Assembly: GCA_017882455.1 (NCBI GenBank) | Contig: JADGPL010000013.1 | Span: forward strand, 25,116-89,115 | Origin: Solirubrobacteraceae bacterium | GTDB lineage: Bacteria > Actinomycetota > Thermoleophilia > Solirubrobacterales > Solirubrobacteraceae | Direction: 5' to 3' | Length of the DNA stretch: 64,000 nucleotides | Shown: in pieces, positions 1-8,524 of the stretch | Layout of the letters: every line of letters starts with the position of its first letter | Position numbering within the stretch: position 1 is the first letter of the stretch | The notes under the pieces: generated by a model | Seen by the model: the letters and a program-made list of their open reading frames with translations, nothing else | Told to the model about the DNA's origin: nothing | The model's database searches: none | Position numbers and translations under genes: made by a program

Positions 1-338
1 TTGTAGCCCCCGCCTTCGCCGAACTTGCCTCCGGAGTGAAGGACGGTGAGCACGACCTGGACGGCCGGCAGGCCCTCCTTGTCCATCTTGGCCACGGGGA
101 TGCCGCGGCCGTTGTCCACGACCGTGACGGAGTTGTCGGGGTGGATCGTCACCGATACGGCTGTGCAGAAGCCGGCCAGGGCCTCGTCGACGGAGTTGTC
201 CACGACCTCGTAGACGAGGTGGTGGAGGCCCATGACCCCGGTCGAGCCGATGTACATGCCGGGGCGCTTGCGAACCGCCTGGAGGCCCTCGAGGACAGTG
301 ATGTCCTGGGCGTCGTAGCTCGAGGATCCGCCCGTCAT
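1..338 (-). CDS. gyrB: DNA gyrase subunit B, N-terminal part (gene continues past the left edge)
   Basis: Reverse translation from the ATG at 338 reads [57 protein letters not shown]..., the canonical GyrB N-terminus. Synteny is gyrB-DUF721-recF-dnaN-dnaA. It is absent from the ORF track because it is open at the edge. An in-frame GTG at 353 is an alternative start. Confidence 0.9.
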   Translation of the reverse strand, partial: MTGGSSSYDAQDITVLEGLQAVRKRPGMYIGSTGVMGLHHLVYEVVDNSVDEALAGFCTAVSVTIHPDNSVTVVDNGRGIPVAKMDKEGLPAVQVVLTVLHSGGKFGEGGGY

Positions 339-596
339 CGACGGGTTGTTCACGCCGCTTTCGACGACGCTCTCTTCAGAGCTGTTGCTACCTGTTGCCA
401 ATGGCCCTCCGATGACGTGAGAACGCCCCGGATTCCGGGGCGCGAAGTCCACGGCCGGGGCGGGTTTCGTATGTCCCAAATCATAGCAGGCGAGGGGTTC
501 TCCCACCGCCGTAAAACACCCCTAAATCCCTGCAAACTGCCGGGAAACTGGGTGCTCACGAGGACGCGGCGGGTGGGCGTGGGAGCGGGGAGTCCG

Positions 597-887
597 TCAG
601 CCGGTCCGGCAACGCAGCTCGCGGATGAGCTCCCGGCCGAGAGCCTCGTTGACGCGGGGGATGAGCTCCCCGGCCATCAGGTCGAGCTCCTGGGCCCACA
701 CGGCCGCCTCGCATGTCACCGTGAGCACGCCGTCGCGCTCGGCCGTGGGTCTGGCGGAGGAGGATATGGCGGGGCCGGCCACGCGCCCCCAGACCTCCTG
801 GACACGAGCGAGGGTGGTCGCCGGCGCGATCGCCGAGGTCAGGTTCCCCAGCGCCGTCGAGAGCGTTCGCGGGGCGGCTCTGCTCAA
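597..887 (-). CDS. DUF721 / DciA-like protein
   Basis: 96-aa ORF. RVQEVWGRVAGPAI...GVLTVTCEAAVWAQELDLMAGELIPRVNEALG follows the DUF721 pattern. It overlaps the recF stop by 4 nt and sits in the recF-DUF721-gyrB position typical of Actinobacteria. Confidence 0.75.
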   Translation of the reverse strand: MSRAAPRTLSTALGNLTSAIAPATTLARVQEVWGRVAGPAISSSARPTAERDGVLTVTCEAAVWAQELDLMAGELIPRVNEALGRELIRELRCRTG

Positions 888-2002
888 GCCGCGATCGCCT
901 CCTGGAGGATCGTTCCGGGGGAGATGCGCAGGCGGGTGACGTGGGCCTCGCCGGCGGTCGGGACGTGGCCGAGGTCGGTGGTGGCGATCACGCTCTGTCC
1001 GGCGGCCGAGAGCTCACCCACGAGCAACTCGCGACGCTCGCCGTCGAGCTCGCTCATCACGTCGTCGAGGAGCATCAGCGGGGTGCGTCCACGTTCGCGG
1101 GCGAGCACCGAGCGCTCGGCGAGGAGCAGCGCGAGGAGCGCCAGCCGCTGCTCGCCCTGTGAGCCGTAGACGCGCAGCTCGCGGCCGTCGCGCACGATCG
1201 CGAGCTCGTCGCGGTGCGGGCCGTGACCGGAGAATCCGCGCTCGAGGTCGCCGTCGAGGCGCTCCTGCAGCTCGGCGACGAACTGATCCTCGTCGAGGGC
1301 CTTGGAACGGGGGCGGTACTCGATCGAGACCTCACCGTTGCAGCCGAGCTGGCCTGCTTTCAGCGCAAACGGCTCCGCCAGCAGGTTCACGGCTCCGGCT
1401 CGCTGCTCCCGCAGGGTCAGCGCCTTGCTCGCGAGCTCACGATCCCACGTGGCCATCGCGGCGTGCGAGGCGCGGCCGGCACGGATACGGGCGAGCAGGG
1501 CGTTGCGCTGGGCGAGCACCCGGGAGTACTCGCGACGCGCCTGCGCGCGCGCCGGCCAGATCGCCGCGACCACCTGGTCGAGATGCGCTCGGCGCAGCGC
1601 GGGTGGGCCTTTCAGCAACTCCAGGCGATCGGGCATGAAGACGCTGATCAGCGGCCTGCTGGGCACGTCGAGCAGGCGCTCCACCTCGGCGCCGTCGGCG
1701 CTCATCCGCTTGACCGCTTGGGCGCCGCCGGTCGCGGCTTCGTATCCAACGGTCAACTCATGCGGTTCCTCGCCGTCGAGCAGGCGCACGGCCACCCTGG
1801 TCGCCGGCGCGCCGAAGCGGATCAGCTCGCGGTCGCTGCGCGTGCGAGGCGACCGGCCCGTGCACCCGAAATAGATGCCCTCGAGCAGGTTCGACTTGCC
1901 GGCGCCATTGGGCCCGTGGACGACGGTGAGGCCCGCGCCGATCCGCGCCTCGGCGCGGGCGTAGGTGCGAAAGTCGCGCATCTCCACGCTGACGACGCGC
2001 AT
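884..2002 (-). CDS. recF: DNA replication and repair protein RecF
   Basis: 372 aa. Walker A GPNGAGKSNLLEGI near the N-terminus, LLLDDVMSELD near the C-terminus. Located directly downstream of dnaN. Confidence 0.95.
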   Translation of the reverse strand: MRVVSVEMRDFRTYARAEARIGAGLTVVHGPNGAGKSNLLEGIYFGCTGRSPRTRSDRELIRFGAPATRVAVRLLDGEEPHELTVGYEAATGGAQAVKRMSADGAEVERLLDVPSRPLISVFMPDRLELLKGPPALRRAHLDQVVAAIWPARAQARREYSRVLAQRNALLARIRAGRASHAAMATWDRELASKALTLREQRAGAVNLLAEPFALKAGQLGCNGEVSIEYRPRSKALDEDQFVAELQERLDGDLERGFSGHGPHRDELAIVRDGRELRVYGSQGEQRLALLALLLAERSVLARERGRTPLMLLDDVMSELDGERRELLVGELSAAGQSVIATTDLGHVPTAGEAHVTRLRISPGTILQEAIAA

Positions 2003-2009
2003 GCCACCG

Positions 2010-3122
2010 CTACACGTTCAGGCGGATCGGCATGATGAGGTAGACGAAGTCCCCGGTGTCGGGTGATTCGATCAGGCCGGGGCGCAGGGGGCTTATGAGC
2101 TTGAGGACCAGCTCATCGGAGTCGACGCTCTCGAGCCCGTCCCGCAGGAACTCCGGGTTGAAGCCGATCTCGAAGGGCTCGCCGTGAAAGGGCACCGGGA
2201 TCGCCTCGCTGGCCTCCCCCACGTCGGGAGTCTGGGCTGAGATGGTGAGCGTGCCCTCGGTGAAGCTCAGGCGCAGCGGAGCGTTCTTCTGAGCAAGGAG
2301 ACTGATGCGTCGCACCACGTCGGTCACCTCGGCGCTCGAGAGGCGCAGCTCATGCTCGACCGACTCGGGCAGAAGCTGACGATAGTTGGGGAACTGTCCG
2401 TCGATCAACCGCGATGAGAGCACGATGTCGCCGAGCTCGAAGATGACCTGGTTCTGCCCGACGCTGACCGCAAGCGACTCGCCGGGTGCCTGCTGGGCGA
2501 TCCGCACCAGCTCCTGCAGCGCCCGTGCCGGGACGTTGGCCTCGAGGCTTCCCTGCAGCGAGGACTCCAGCGCCGTCTCCTTCACGCTGAGGCGGTAGGA
2601 GTCCGTGGCCACCATCCTCAGCTCCTGGCCGGCGGCCGACATCAGGATCCCGGTCAGAACCGGGCGCGTCTCGTCACGCGACGCGGATCTCGCGACGCGG
2701 GCAACCGTCTGCACGAAGGCCTCTGTCGGCAGCGTCACCCGTGCCTCGGGTGACGGGAGGGGAAGCGTGGGGAAATCCTCGGCTCGTAGTGTGCGGAGGT
2801 GGAATGTGGTGGGACCGCAGATGAGCTCGACGTCCTGCTCGGCGGCTCGCAGCTCCATCGTGAGCTGCTCGGCCGACAGCGAGCGGGCGACGTCGAGGAG
2901 CAGGCGCGCCGGGAGAACGGCTGCGCCGGGCCGAGCCACCTCGGCGTCCAGCGGTACCCGGAGGCCGATCTCCATGTCGGTGGCAAGCAGCTCCGGTTTC
3001 GAGTCGGCAGGGGCCGAGATCATGATCCCGGAGAGAGCCTGAACGGCGCTGCGGGTCGAGGCCACACGAGCTGCGGTCTGCAGCTGGGTGATGAGGTGCG
3101 CGGAGGAGAGCGAGAGCTTCAT
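2010..3122 (-). CDS. dnaN: DNA polymerase III beta sliding clamp
   Basis: 370 aa. Typical clamp length and position between dnaA and recF. Ends ...GDFVYLIMPIRLNV. Confidence 0.95.
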   Translation of the reverse strand: MKLSLSSAHLITQLQTAARVASTRSAVQALSGIMISAPADSKPELLATDMEIGLRVPLDAEVARPGAAVLPARLLLDVARSLSAEQLTMELRAAEQDVELICGPTTFHLRTLRAEDFPTLPLPSPEARVTLPTEAFVQTVARVARSASRDETRPVLTGILMSAAGQELRMVATDSYRLSVKETALESSLQGSLEANVPARALQELVRIAQQAPGESLAVSVGQNQVIFELGDIVLSSRLIDGQFPNYRQLLPESVEHELRLSSAEVTDVVRRISLLAQKNAPLRLSFTEGTLTISAQTPDVGEASEAIPVPFHGEPFEIGFNPEFLRDGLESVDSDELVLKLISPLRPGLIESPDTGDFVYLIMPIRLNV

Positions 3123-3276
3123 GACGGTGCCATGAGAAAGGAATAAGGGTTAGTAGGGGCTGTGAAGGTGTGCATTCGGCGTGGACAGGGCAGGTTGCCC
3201 TGGTGTAGCGGTGGGCGTCCCTGTGGATAGGTCAAGGGAAGTCTCTCAGGCACGGCGGTCGGGCGCGTGGGATGGG
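3123..3276. promoter_or_regulatory. dnaA-dnaN spacer with two DnaA-box-like 9-mers and an AT-richer stretch; candidate oriC segment
   Basis: tgtggatag at 3222-3230 is the reverse complement of CTATCCACA (8/9 to TTATCCACA). cgtggacag at 3180-3188 is the reverse complement of CTGTCCACG (7/9 to TTGTCCACA). A locally AT-richer run gagaaaggaataagggttagtagg lies at about 3133-3158. Confidence 0.35.
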
Positions 3277-4662
3277 TCATGGCAGCGGGCAGTCAAGGGT
3301 CCGGCACAGCTTTTCCACAGCCGCGCGGGACTCCTCGTCGGAGTCGATTCGGGCCGAGGTGCGTCTGCAGGCGTGCAGGACTGTGGTGTGGTCGCGTCCA
3401 CCGAAGTGCCTTCCGATGGCGGGCAGCGATTCGCCGGTGAGCTCGCGTGTGAGGTACATGGCGAGTTGGCGCGGCCATGCGATTCGCGGGGTGCGGGCGC
3501 TGGAGGTGAGCTCCTCGGGCGAGAGGTCGAAGAGCTCACAGGTGGCGCGCTGGATGTCGGCGACGGTGCGGGTGCGCCGCCCAGGTTGGGCTGACCGGGG
3601 GTAGAGGCTCGCCAGGACCTCCTCGGTGAGCTCAGCGGTGAGCTCGCGGCCGGTCAACGAGCTGAATGCGACGACGCGGATCAATGCCCCCTCGAGCGCA
3701 CGGACGTTGGTGTGGACGCGCTCTGCGATGACCGTCAGGGCGCTCTCGTCGGCAAGGGGAATCCGATCGTGGCTGGCGCGCTTGCGCAGGATCGCCATAC
3801 GGGTCGACAGGTCGGGGGCCTTGATGTCGGCGACGAGCCCGGCCTGGAAGCGCTCGCGCAGGCGTTCCTCGAGTGCTTGGAGGTCGTGAGGCGGCCGGTC
3901 GGAGCTGAGAACGATCTGACGGCCGCCGTCATGGAGCGCGTTGAACGTGTGGAAGAACTCCTCCTCCGTCTTTGTCTTGCGCTCAAGGAACTGGACGTCA
4001 TCCATGAGCAGGACGTCGATGTGGCGGAAGCGTGCCTTGAAGGTTTCGGTATCCCCGTCGCCGAGGGCACCGAGGAACTCGTTGGTGAAGGCCTCGCCGG
4101 TGGTTGCACGGACGGTCAGTGCGGGATTGTGGGTTAGCAGGAGGTTCGCTATCGAGCTGAGCAGGTGCGTCTTGCCGACGCCCGGGGGACCACAGATGAA
4201 CAGCGGGTTGTAGGCGTGGGATGGCATCTCGGCGACGGTCAGGGCCGCGGCGTGGGCGAGGCGGTTGGAGTCGCCGATCACGAACTGGTCGAATGTGAGC
4301 TTGGGATTGCCAAGGGGGCTGGCGTGGGGTGTGAGCTCCGGGCCGCCACCGTGTAGCGGACGCTCTCGGGCGCTGGAGGAGCGGCTGACCCTGGCGATCG
4401 CGGCCGGCTCCGCAGGCTGGGGGCCGACGAGTTCGACGGCGACGTGCTCACCGAGCACGAGCTCGACGCTGCCCTGGATGATCCGGCCGAATCGATCCTG
4501 AACCCACCGGCGTGCGTGGGGCGGGGCTTCGATGAGCAGGCGTTCCCCCTCGAGCTCGACGGGTCGAAGGGGTCCCAACCAGATGCGGTAGGTGGGCTCG
4601 TCGACGGCGAGTGCGAGTTGGGCTTGCACCCGCGACCATATGTGCTCGAGCTCGACGCTCAC
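3277..4662 (-). CDS. dnaA: Chromosomal replication initiator protein DnaA
   Basis: 461 aa with a GTG start. Walker A GPPGVGKTHLL, Walker B LLMDDVQFL, and the C-terminal DNA-binding signature LAMYLTRELTGESLPAIGRHFGGRDHTTVLHA. Confidence 0.97.
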   Translation of the reverse strand: MSVELEHIWSRVQAQLALAVDEPTYRIWLGPLRPVELEGERLLIEAPPHARRWVQDRFGRIIQGSVELVLGEHVAVELVGPQPAEPAAIARVSRSSSARERPLHGGGPELTPHASPLGNPKLTFDQFVIGDSNRLAHAAALTVAEMPSHAYNPLFICGPPGVGKTHLLSSIANLLLTHNPALTVRATTGEAFTNEFLGALGDGDTETFKARFRHIDVLLMDDVQFLERKTKTEEEFFHTFNALHDGGRQIVLSSDRPPHDLQALEERLRERFQAGLVADIKAPDLSTRMAILRKRASHDRIPLADESALTVIAERVHTNVRALEGALIRVVAFSSLTGRELTAELTEEVLASLYPRSAQPGRRTRTVADIQRATCELFDLSPEELTSSARTPRIAWPRQLAMYLTRELTGESLPAIGRHFGGRDHTTVLHACRRTSARIDSDEESRAAVEKLCRTLDCPLP

Positions 4663-4906
4663 GGCAGCGCTGTCCAGCTCCTCTCCCAGAGGCAGATGAC
4701 GAGAACTATTCGAAGGAGGACCCGCTGGGGGCCCGGTCGGGCGACTATATCCAACGACCTGACGGGGTCCACGTGGGTGCTCGCATTTGGCGGGAAAAAT
4801 CAGCGGGGGCCGATCGGTCCTATACTTCGGGTCCGATCGCCGCCGGGTTGCGGTGGGATATCTGCGGCCGCTGAAGGAGTACGGCGGTCATTGGAGAACA
4901 GAGACC
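4663..4906. promoter_or_regulatory. Divergent dnaA / rpmH spacer; point where gene orientation switches
   Basis: Genes to the left are all on the minus strand and genes to the right (up to parB) are all on the plus strand. Only weak DnaA-box-like words are present (6/9 matches, e.g. ctgtccag, tatatccaa, ggtccacg). Confidence 0.3.
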
Positions 4907-5041
4907 ATGAAGCGCACCTACCAGCCAAAGAAGCGCAAGCGTGCCCGCGCACACGGGTTTCGCGCTCGCATGAGCTCGCGAGCCGGCCGGCTCACGCTCA
5001 AGCGCCGTCGCGACAAGGGCCGCAAGCGCCTCTCCGCCTAG
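4907..5041 (+). CDS. rpmH: 50S ribosomal protein L34
   Basis: Internal ATG of ORF 4787..5041 gives the 44-aa [44 protein letters not shown]. Confidence 0.97.
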   Translation: MKRTYQPKKRKRARAHGFRARMSSRAGRLTLKRRRDKGRKRLSA

Positions 5042-5079
5042 GTCGGAGGGGTGAGCCCGCGCTCGTGGACGGACGCGCG

Positions 5080-5493
5080 ATGAGGCCGCGGACTCCGGGG
5101 CGCGGTGGTCGCCTGTCACGCAGCGCGGAGTTCGAGCGCGTCTATCGCCATGGCCGATCGACGGCCAACCGGCACCTGGTCCTGTACGCGTTTCCCAACG
5201 AGTCTTCCCGTCGGCCGCGACTGGGGCTGTCGGTATCGCGGAAGGTCGGCGGAGCGGTCGAGCGCAACCGCGTCAAGCGCCTGCTGCGCGAGGCGTTTGC
5301 GGGAGTCGAGCGTGACATTGCGGCCGGACACGACATCGTCGTGGTGGCCCGTCCGTCCGCGCGCGAGCTGGCCGAGCGCGACGGTCTGGCGGGTGTGGAG
5401 GGGTCGTTGGGAGAGCTGCTCGTCAAGGCCGGCCTGTGCACGGGCGGGGGCGCGCCGCCGCCGGAGGAGCCCGGTGAGCGCCTCCCGACCTGA
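5080..5493 (+). CDS. rnpA: Ribonuclease P protein component
   Basis: Tail of ORF 4444..5493 from ATG 5080. FERVYRHGRS..NRHLVLY...RLGLSVSRKVGGAVERNRVKRLLREAF. Located downstream of rpmH. Confidence 0.9.
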   Translation: MRPRTPGRGGRLSRSAEFERVYRHGRSTANRHLVLYAFPNESSRRPRLGLSVSRKVGGAVERNRVKRLLREAFAGVERDIAAGHDIVVVARPSARELAERDGLAGVEGSLGELLVKAGLCTGGGAPPPEEPGERLPT

Positions 5494-5782
5494 GCAAGAC
5501 GCGAGCCCGAGCGCTCATCGTCTATCGCGCGCCACGCGCATGTTCGTGAGCGCCCCGATCACCGTCTATCAGCACCTGGTATCGCCGGCGATACCAAGGC
5601 GTTGCAAGTACGAGCCCACGTGCTCGCGCTACGCGGTCGACGCGATCCGGGAGTACGGCATACTTAGGGGCCTGGTGCTCGCGGGGTGGCGGCTGCTCAG
5701 GTGCAATCCGTGGAGCCACGGCGGATACGATCCGGTTGAGGCTCAGCGAGTGTTCAGCGTGGACTCCGGCGCCGGCGGCTGA
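5474..5782 (+). CDS. yidD: Membrane protein insertion efficiency factor YidD
   Basis: Tail of ORF 5105..5782: ITVYQHLVSP..PRRCKYEPTCSRYAVDAIREYG...WRLLRCNPWSHGGYDPV. GTG 5474 has GGAGGAG a few nt upstream and overlaps the rnpA stop. ATG 5540 is an alternative start. Confidence 0.85.
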   Translation: MSASRPEQDASPSAHRLSRATRMFVSAPITVYQHLVSPAIPRRCKYEPTCSRYAVDAIREYGILRGLVLAGWRLLRCNPWSHGGYDPVEAQRVFSVDSGAGG

Positions 5783-5878
5783 GCCGCGCCCGGTGAGCCA
5801 TCCCCCGGCGGCCAAACCCGCATCTCACCAGCCCACAGTCAACTGACGACGACCGAGACCACCGAGAACCCTTAGAGC

Positions 5879-6853
5879 ATGCCCATCCTCGCCAATGTGA
5901 TCCAGGACGCGTTCTCGCCGCTGATCAGCCTCTTCGAACACGTCATGGTGTTCATCCACGCGCACCTCGTGGGGGGCAGTTGGGGCCTGGCGATAGTGGG
6001 GCTGACCGTGTTGATCAGGGCGGTCCTCGTGCCCCTGACCTTCAAGCAACTGAAGTCGATGCAGGAGATGCAGCGCCTCGCGCCCCAGATCAATGCGCTG
6101 AAAGAGAAGTACAAAGAGGACAAACAGCGCCAGCAACAGGAGCTGATGAAGTTCTACCAGGAGAACAAGATCAACCCGCTGGCCTCGTGTCTGCCGCTGC
6201 TCATGCAGTTGCCCGTGTTCATCTCGCTCTTCTACATGTTGCGGACCGATCTGAAGAAGCACATCTGCGGGTCGAGTCTCGTGTCGCATTACAACACGCT
6301 GCATCCCACCGCCACCGTCAAGAGCATCGCGCACCTGCCCGCGAAATACCTCGAAAAGACGAGTTGCGACCTGGTTCAGCCGCACTCGGCGAAGTTCCTG
6401 TTCCTTCCGGACATCACAAACAAGGCGACGGGCGTGGCCCTGATCGTCCTGATCGTCCTGTACGTGGGCTCGCAGCTGGCCTCCACGCTGATCGCCACCG
6501 CCACCGCCGATCCCAATCAGCGCCGTCTGATGCTGCTCCTGCCCCTGGTGTTCGTTGTCATCCTCTATCGGTATCCCGCCGGCCTGCTCGTGTACTGGAT
6601 CACCACGAACCTGTGGACGATCGGCCAGCAGTCGCTGATCCGCCGCCGCATGCCGCCGCCGCCGAAGGTGGAGACGCCGGCGGGGGCGGCTAACGGCAAA
6701 CCCACACGCTCGCTGCGCGAGGCGTTCGCCAGCGCCGCCGCCGGCGCTGGGGGCCGCGCTGCCCCGGCTGCCGCACCGAGCCCCAGCGCCCCGGCCGCAA
6801 CGCCACCCCGACCCCCGCGGAAGAAGAAGAAGCGTTCGGGCAGGCGGCGATGA
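5879..6853 (+). CDS. yidC: Membrane protein insertase YidC (short, Gram-positive type)
   Basis: 324 aa. LIRAVLVPLTFKQLKSMQEMQRLAPQINALKEKYKEDKQRQQQELMKFYQENKINPLASCLPLLMQLPVFISLFY, with a basic C-terminal tail RKKKKRSGRRR. Confidence 0.95.
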   Translation: MPILANVIQDAFSPLISLFEHVMVFIHAHLVGGSWGLAIVGLTVLIRAVLVPLTFKQLKSMQEMQRLAPQINALKEKYKEDKQRQQQELMKFYQENKINPLASCLPLLMQLPVFISLFYMLRTDLKKHICGSSLVSHYNTLHPTATVKSIAHLPAKYLEKTSCDLVQPHSAKFLFLPDITNKATGVALIVLIVLYVGSQLASTLIATATADPNQRRLMLLLPLVFVVILYRYPAGLLVYWITTNLWTIGQQSLIRRRMPPPPKVETPAGAANGKPTRSLREAFASAAAGAGGRAAPAAAPSPSAPAATPPRPPRKKKKRSGRRR

Positions 6854-7344
6854 CCGACCAGGGAGACGAGGGTGAGGGCATCGCGGCGGAGGACCTCGAC
6901 CCCGCAGAGGCGCTGGAGGAGTTGCTGGAGGAGATCGTCGAGAGCCTGGGTCTGGGGGGCGAGGTCGAGGTCGAGGAAGCCGATGGGATTCTGACGGGGC
7001 GACTCGAGGGCGAGGACGTGGGCCTGTTCATCGGGCGCCACGGCCAGACGATCGACGCGGTGCAGCACCTGGCCCAACGGATCGTCTTCCCGGAAGGACC
7101 GTCGTCGGTGAGGGTCGTGATCGACGCGAACGGTTATCGACAGCGCCGCGCCGAGGCGCTGTGTGCCGAGGCGGACGATGCCGCGGACGATGCCGTGAGC
7201 TCCGGCAAACCTGTCGAGCTGGACCCACTTCCTCCATTCGAGCGGCGGATCGTCCACGAGTATCTGCGCGAGCGCGGCGACGTCGATACCCACAGCGAGG
7301 GCAACGAGCCCGAGCGGTATCTCGTCATTTCTCCGCTGCCATAG
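6850..7344 (+). CDS. jag: Jag/KhpB-like RNA-binding protein (KH + R3H domains)
   Basis: 164 aa. KH-like GLFIGRHGQTIDAVQHL and R3H-like PFERRIVHEYL. Overlaps the yidC stop by 4 nt, in conserved yidC-jag synteny. Confidence 0.85.
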   Translation: MTDQGDEGEGIAAEDLDPAEALEELLEEIVESLGLGGEVEVEEADGILTGRLEGEDVGLFIGRHGQTIDAVQHLAQRIVFPEGPSSVRVVIDANGYRQRRAEALCAEADDAADDAVSSGKPVELDPLPPFERRIVHEYLRERGDVDTHSEGNEPERYLVISPLP

Positions 7345-7352
7345 GCAGCGGG

Positions 7353-7381
7353 CGTTTCACGTTTTTCTTGACGGTGAAACA
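7353..7381. repeat. Split parS-like inverted repeat (cGTTTCAC - 13 nt - GTGAAACA)
   Basis: Half-sites at 7353-7360 and 7374-7381 would form CGTTTCACGTGAAACA (15/16 to parS TGTTTCACGTGAAACA) if the 13 nt gtttttcttgacg at 7361-7373 were removed. It lies between the jag stop and the LAGLIDADG-like ORF start. Confidence 0.4.
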
Positions 7382-7390
7382 ATCCCAGAC

Positions 7391-7753
7391 ATGTCCGCGC
7401 CGACGCAAACACCGCTGAGCGACGTCGAGCGGGGTCTCGTAGCGGGGATCCTCATCGGCGAGGGCAGTTTTGGTGGGGATGGGAAGTATCCGCAGATAAC
7501 GCTGCGGATGCACACGCGCCACGAGACCTTGTTCCACTGGCTGCAGGCCCGCTTCCCGCGCTCGCGGCTGTATGGGCCCTACGACCACGGCGGTCGCAGC
7601 TACTACCAATGGATGGCCCGCGGCCCCGTGCTGGCGGAGGACGTCCTGCCCGTGGTGGAGTCGGTCCTCAGCGAGGAGGTTGACGCCCACGTGCTGGGAA
7701 GGATCCACGAGATGCGGGCGAAGTACGCTGGATTCTTCGCGCAATATGGATGA
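7391..7753 (+). CDS. Small free-standing LAGLIDADG-like (homing-endonuclease fold) protein
   Basis: 120 aa. ERGLVAGILIGEGSFGG aligns to the LAGLIDADG motif with E at the catalytic acidic position. It is followed by an alternating pattern compatible with the core beta-sheet (PQITLRMH..ETLFHWLQARFP..SYYQWMARG..VLAEDVLPVVE). Its last 8 nt overlap the rsmG start. Confidence 0.55.
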   Translation: MSAPTQTPLSDVERGLVAGILIGEGSFGGDGKYPQITLRMHTRHETLFHWLQARFPRSRLYGPYDHGGRSYYQWMARGPVLAEDVLPVVESVLSEEVDAHVLGRIHEMRAKYAGFFAQYG

Positions 7754-8450
7754 TCTGCTGCCTGAGATCGACGTGGGGGAGCCGGCGTCTGGATTGACCT
7801 TGCAGCAACGACGCAGGCTGGCGACGCTGCTGGAGGTCATCGCCGCGGATGCGCATTCGCCGACGACGATCCGGGAGCCCGAGCGGGCTGCGCGCCTGCA
7901 CCTGGCAGATTCCCTGGCCGCCCTGGAGCTGGGGCAGGTGCGCAACGCCAGCCGGATCGCCGATCTCGGCAGCGGCGCGGGCTTCCCGGGCCTGCCGCTG
8001 GCGGTGGCGCTGCCGACGGCTGAGGTCAGCCTGGTGGAGAGCCAGCGGCGCAAGTGCGAGTTCCTCGAGAGGATCCGGGCGGCCGCCGGCGTCGAGAATG
8101 CCGAGGTGGTGTGTGCCCGGGCGGAGGATTGGGACGACGGTGCCGCCCGGAACGACCTGGTCGTCGCGCGCGCCCTCGCGCCACAGGCGGTCGTGCTCGA
8201 GTACGCGGCGCCGCTGCTGCGTATCGGCGGCTCGCTGGTCGACTGGCGCGGCAGGCGCTCATCGGAGGAGGAGGCGGCAGGCGAGCGGGCTGCCGAGATA
8301 TTGGGCATGCAGCGCACCGAGGTGCTGCGGGTGAGCTCCGTCGCGGGTGTGACCGATCACCACCTCCACGTCTTCGAGAAGCTCCGGGAGACCCCGCCGC
8401 GATTTCCGAGACGGGCAGGCATGGCACGCAAGCGGCCCCTCGCCGTGTGA
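7746..8450 (+). CDS. rsmG: 16S rRNA (guanine527-N7)-methyltransferase RsmG (GidB)
   Basis: Tail of ORF 7572..8450 from ATG 7746. SAM motif IADLGSGAGFPGLPLAVA, then VESQRRKCEFL and GGSLVDWRG. Sits in the jag-rsmG-parA-parB block. Confidence 0.9.
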   Translation: MDDLLPEIDVGEPASGLTLQQRRRLATLLEVIAADAHSPTTIREPERAARLHLADSLAALELGQVRNASRIADLGSGAGFPGLPLAVALPTAEVSLVESQRRKCEFLERIRAAAGVENAEVVCARAEDWDDGAARNDLVVARALAPQAVVLEYAAPLLRIGGSLVDWRGRRSSEEEAAGERAAEILGMQRTEVLRVSSVAGVTDHHLHVFEKLRETPPRFPRRAGMARKRPLAV

Positions 8451-8524
8451 GCGCTGCGGCGGCGGGGTGCCGTGCGGAGCTTCAACCGGCGTCGGGGTGC
8501 TGCTGAACGGCGATCGGCGCTAGC

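Noticed and set aside
7353-7381. The GTTTCAC/GTGAAAC hairpin read as an intrinsic terminator for jag.
   Set aside because: The loop is 13 nt, the stem only 7-8 bp, and no T-run follows (aatccc). The match of the two halves to parS is too specific to dismiss, so it is reported as a split parS-like site instead.
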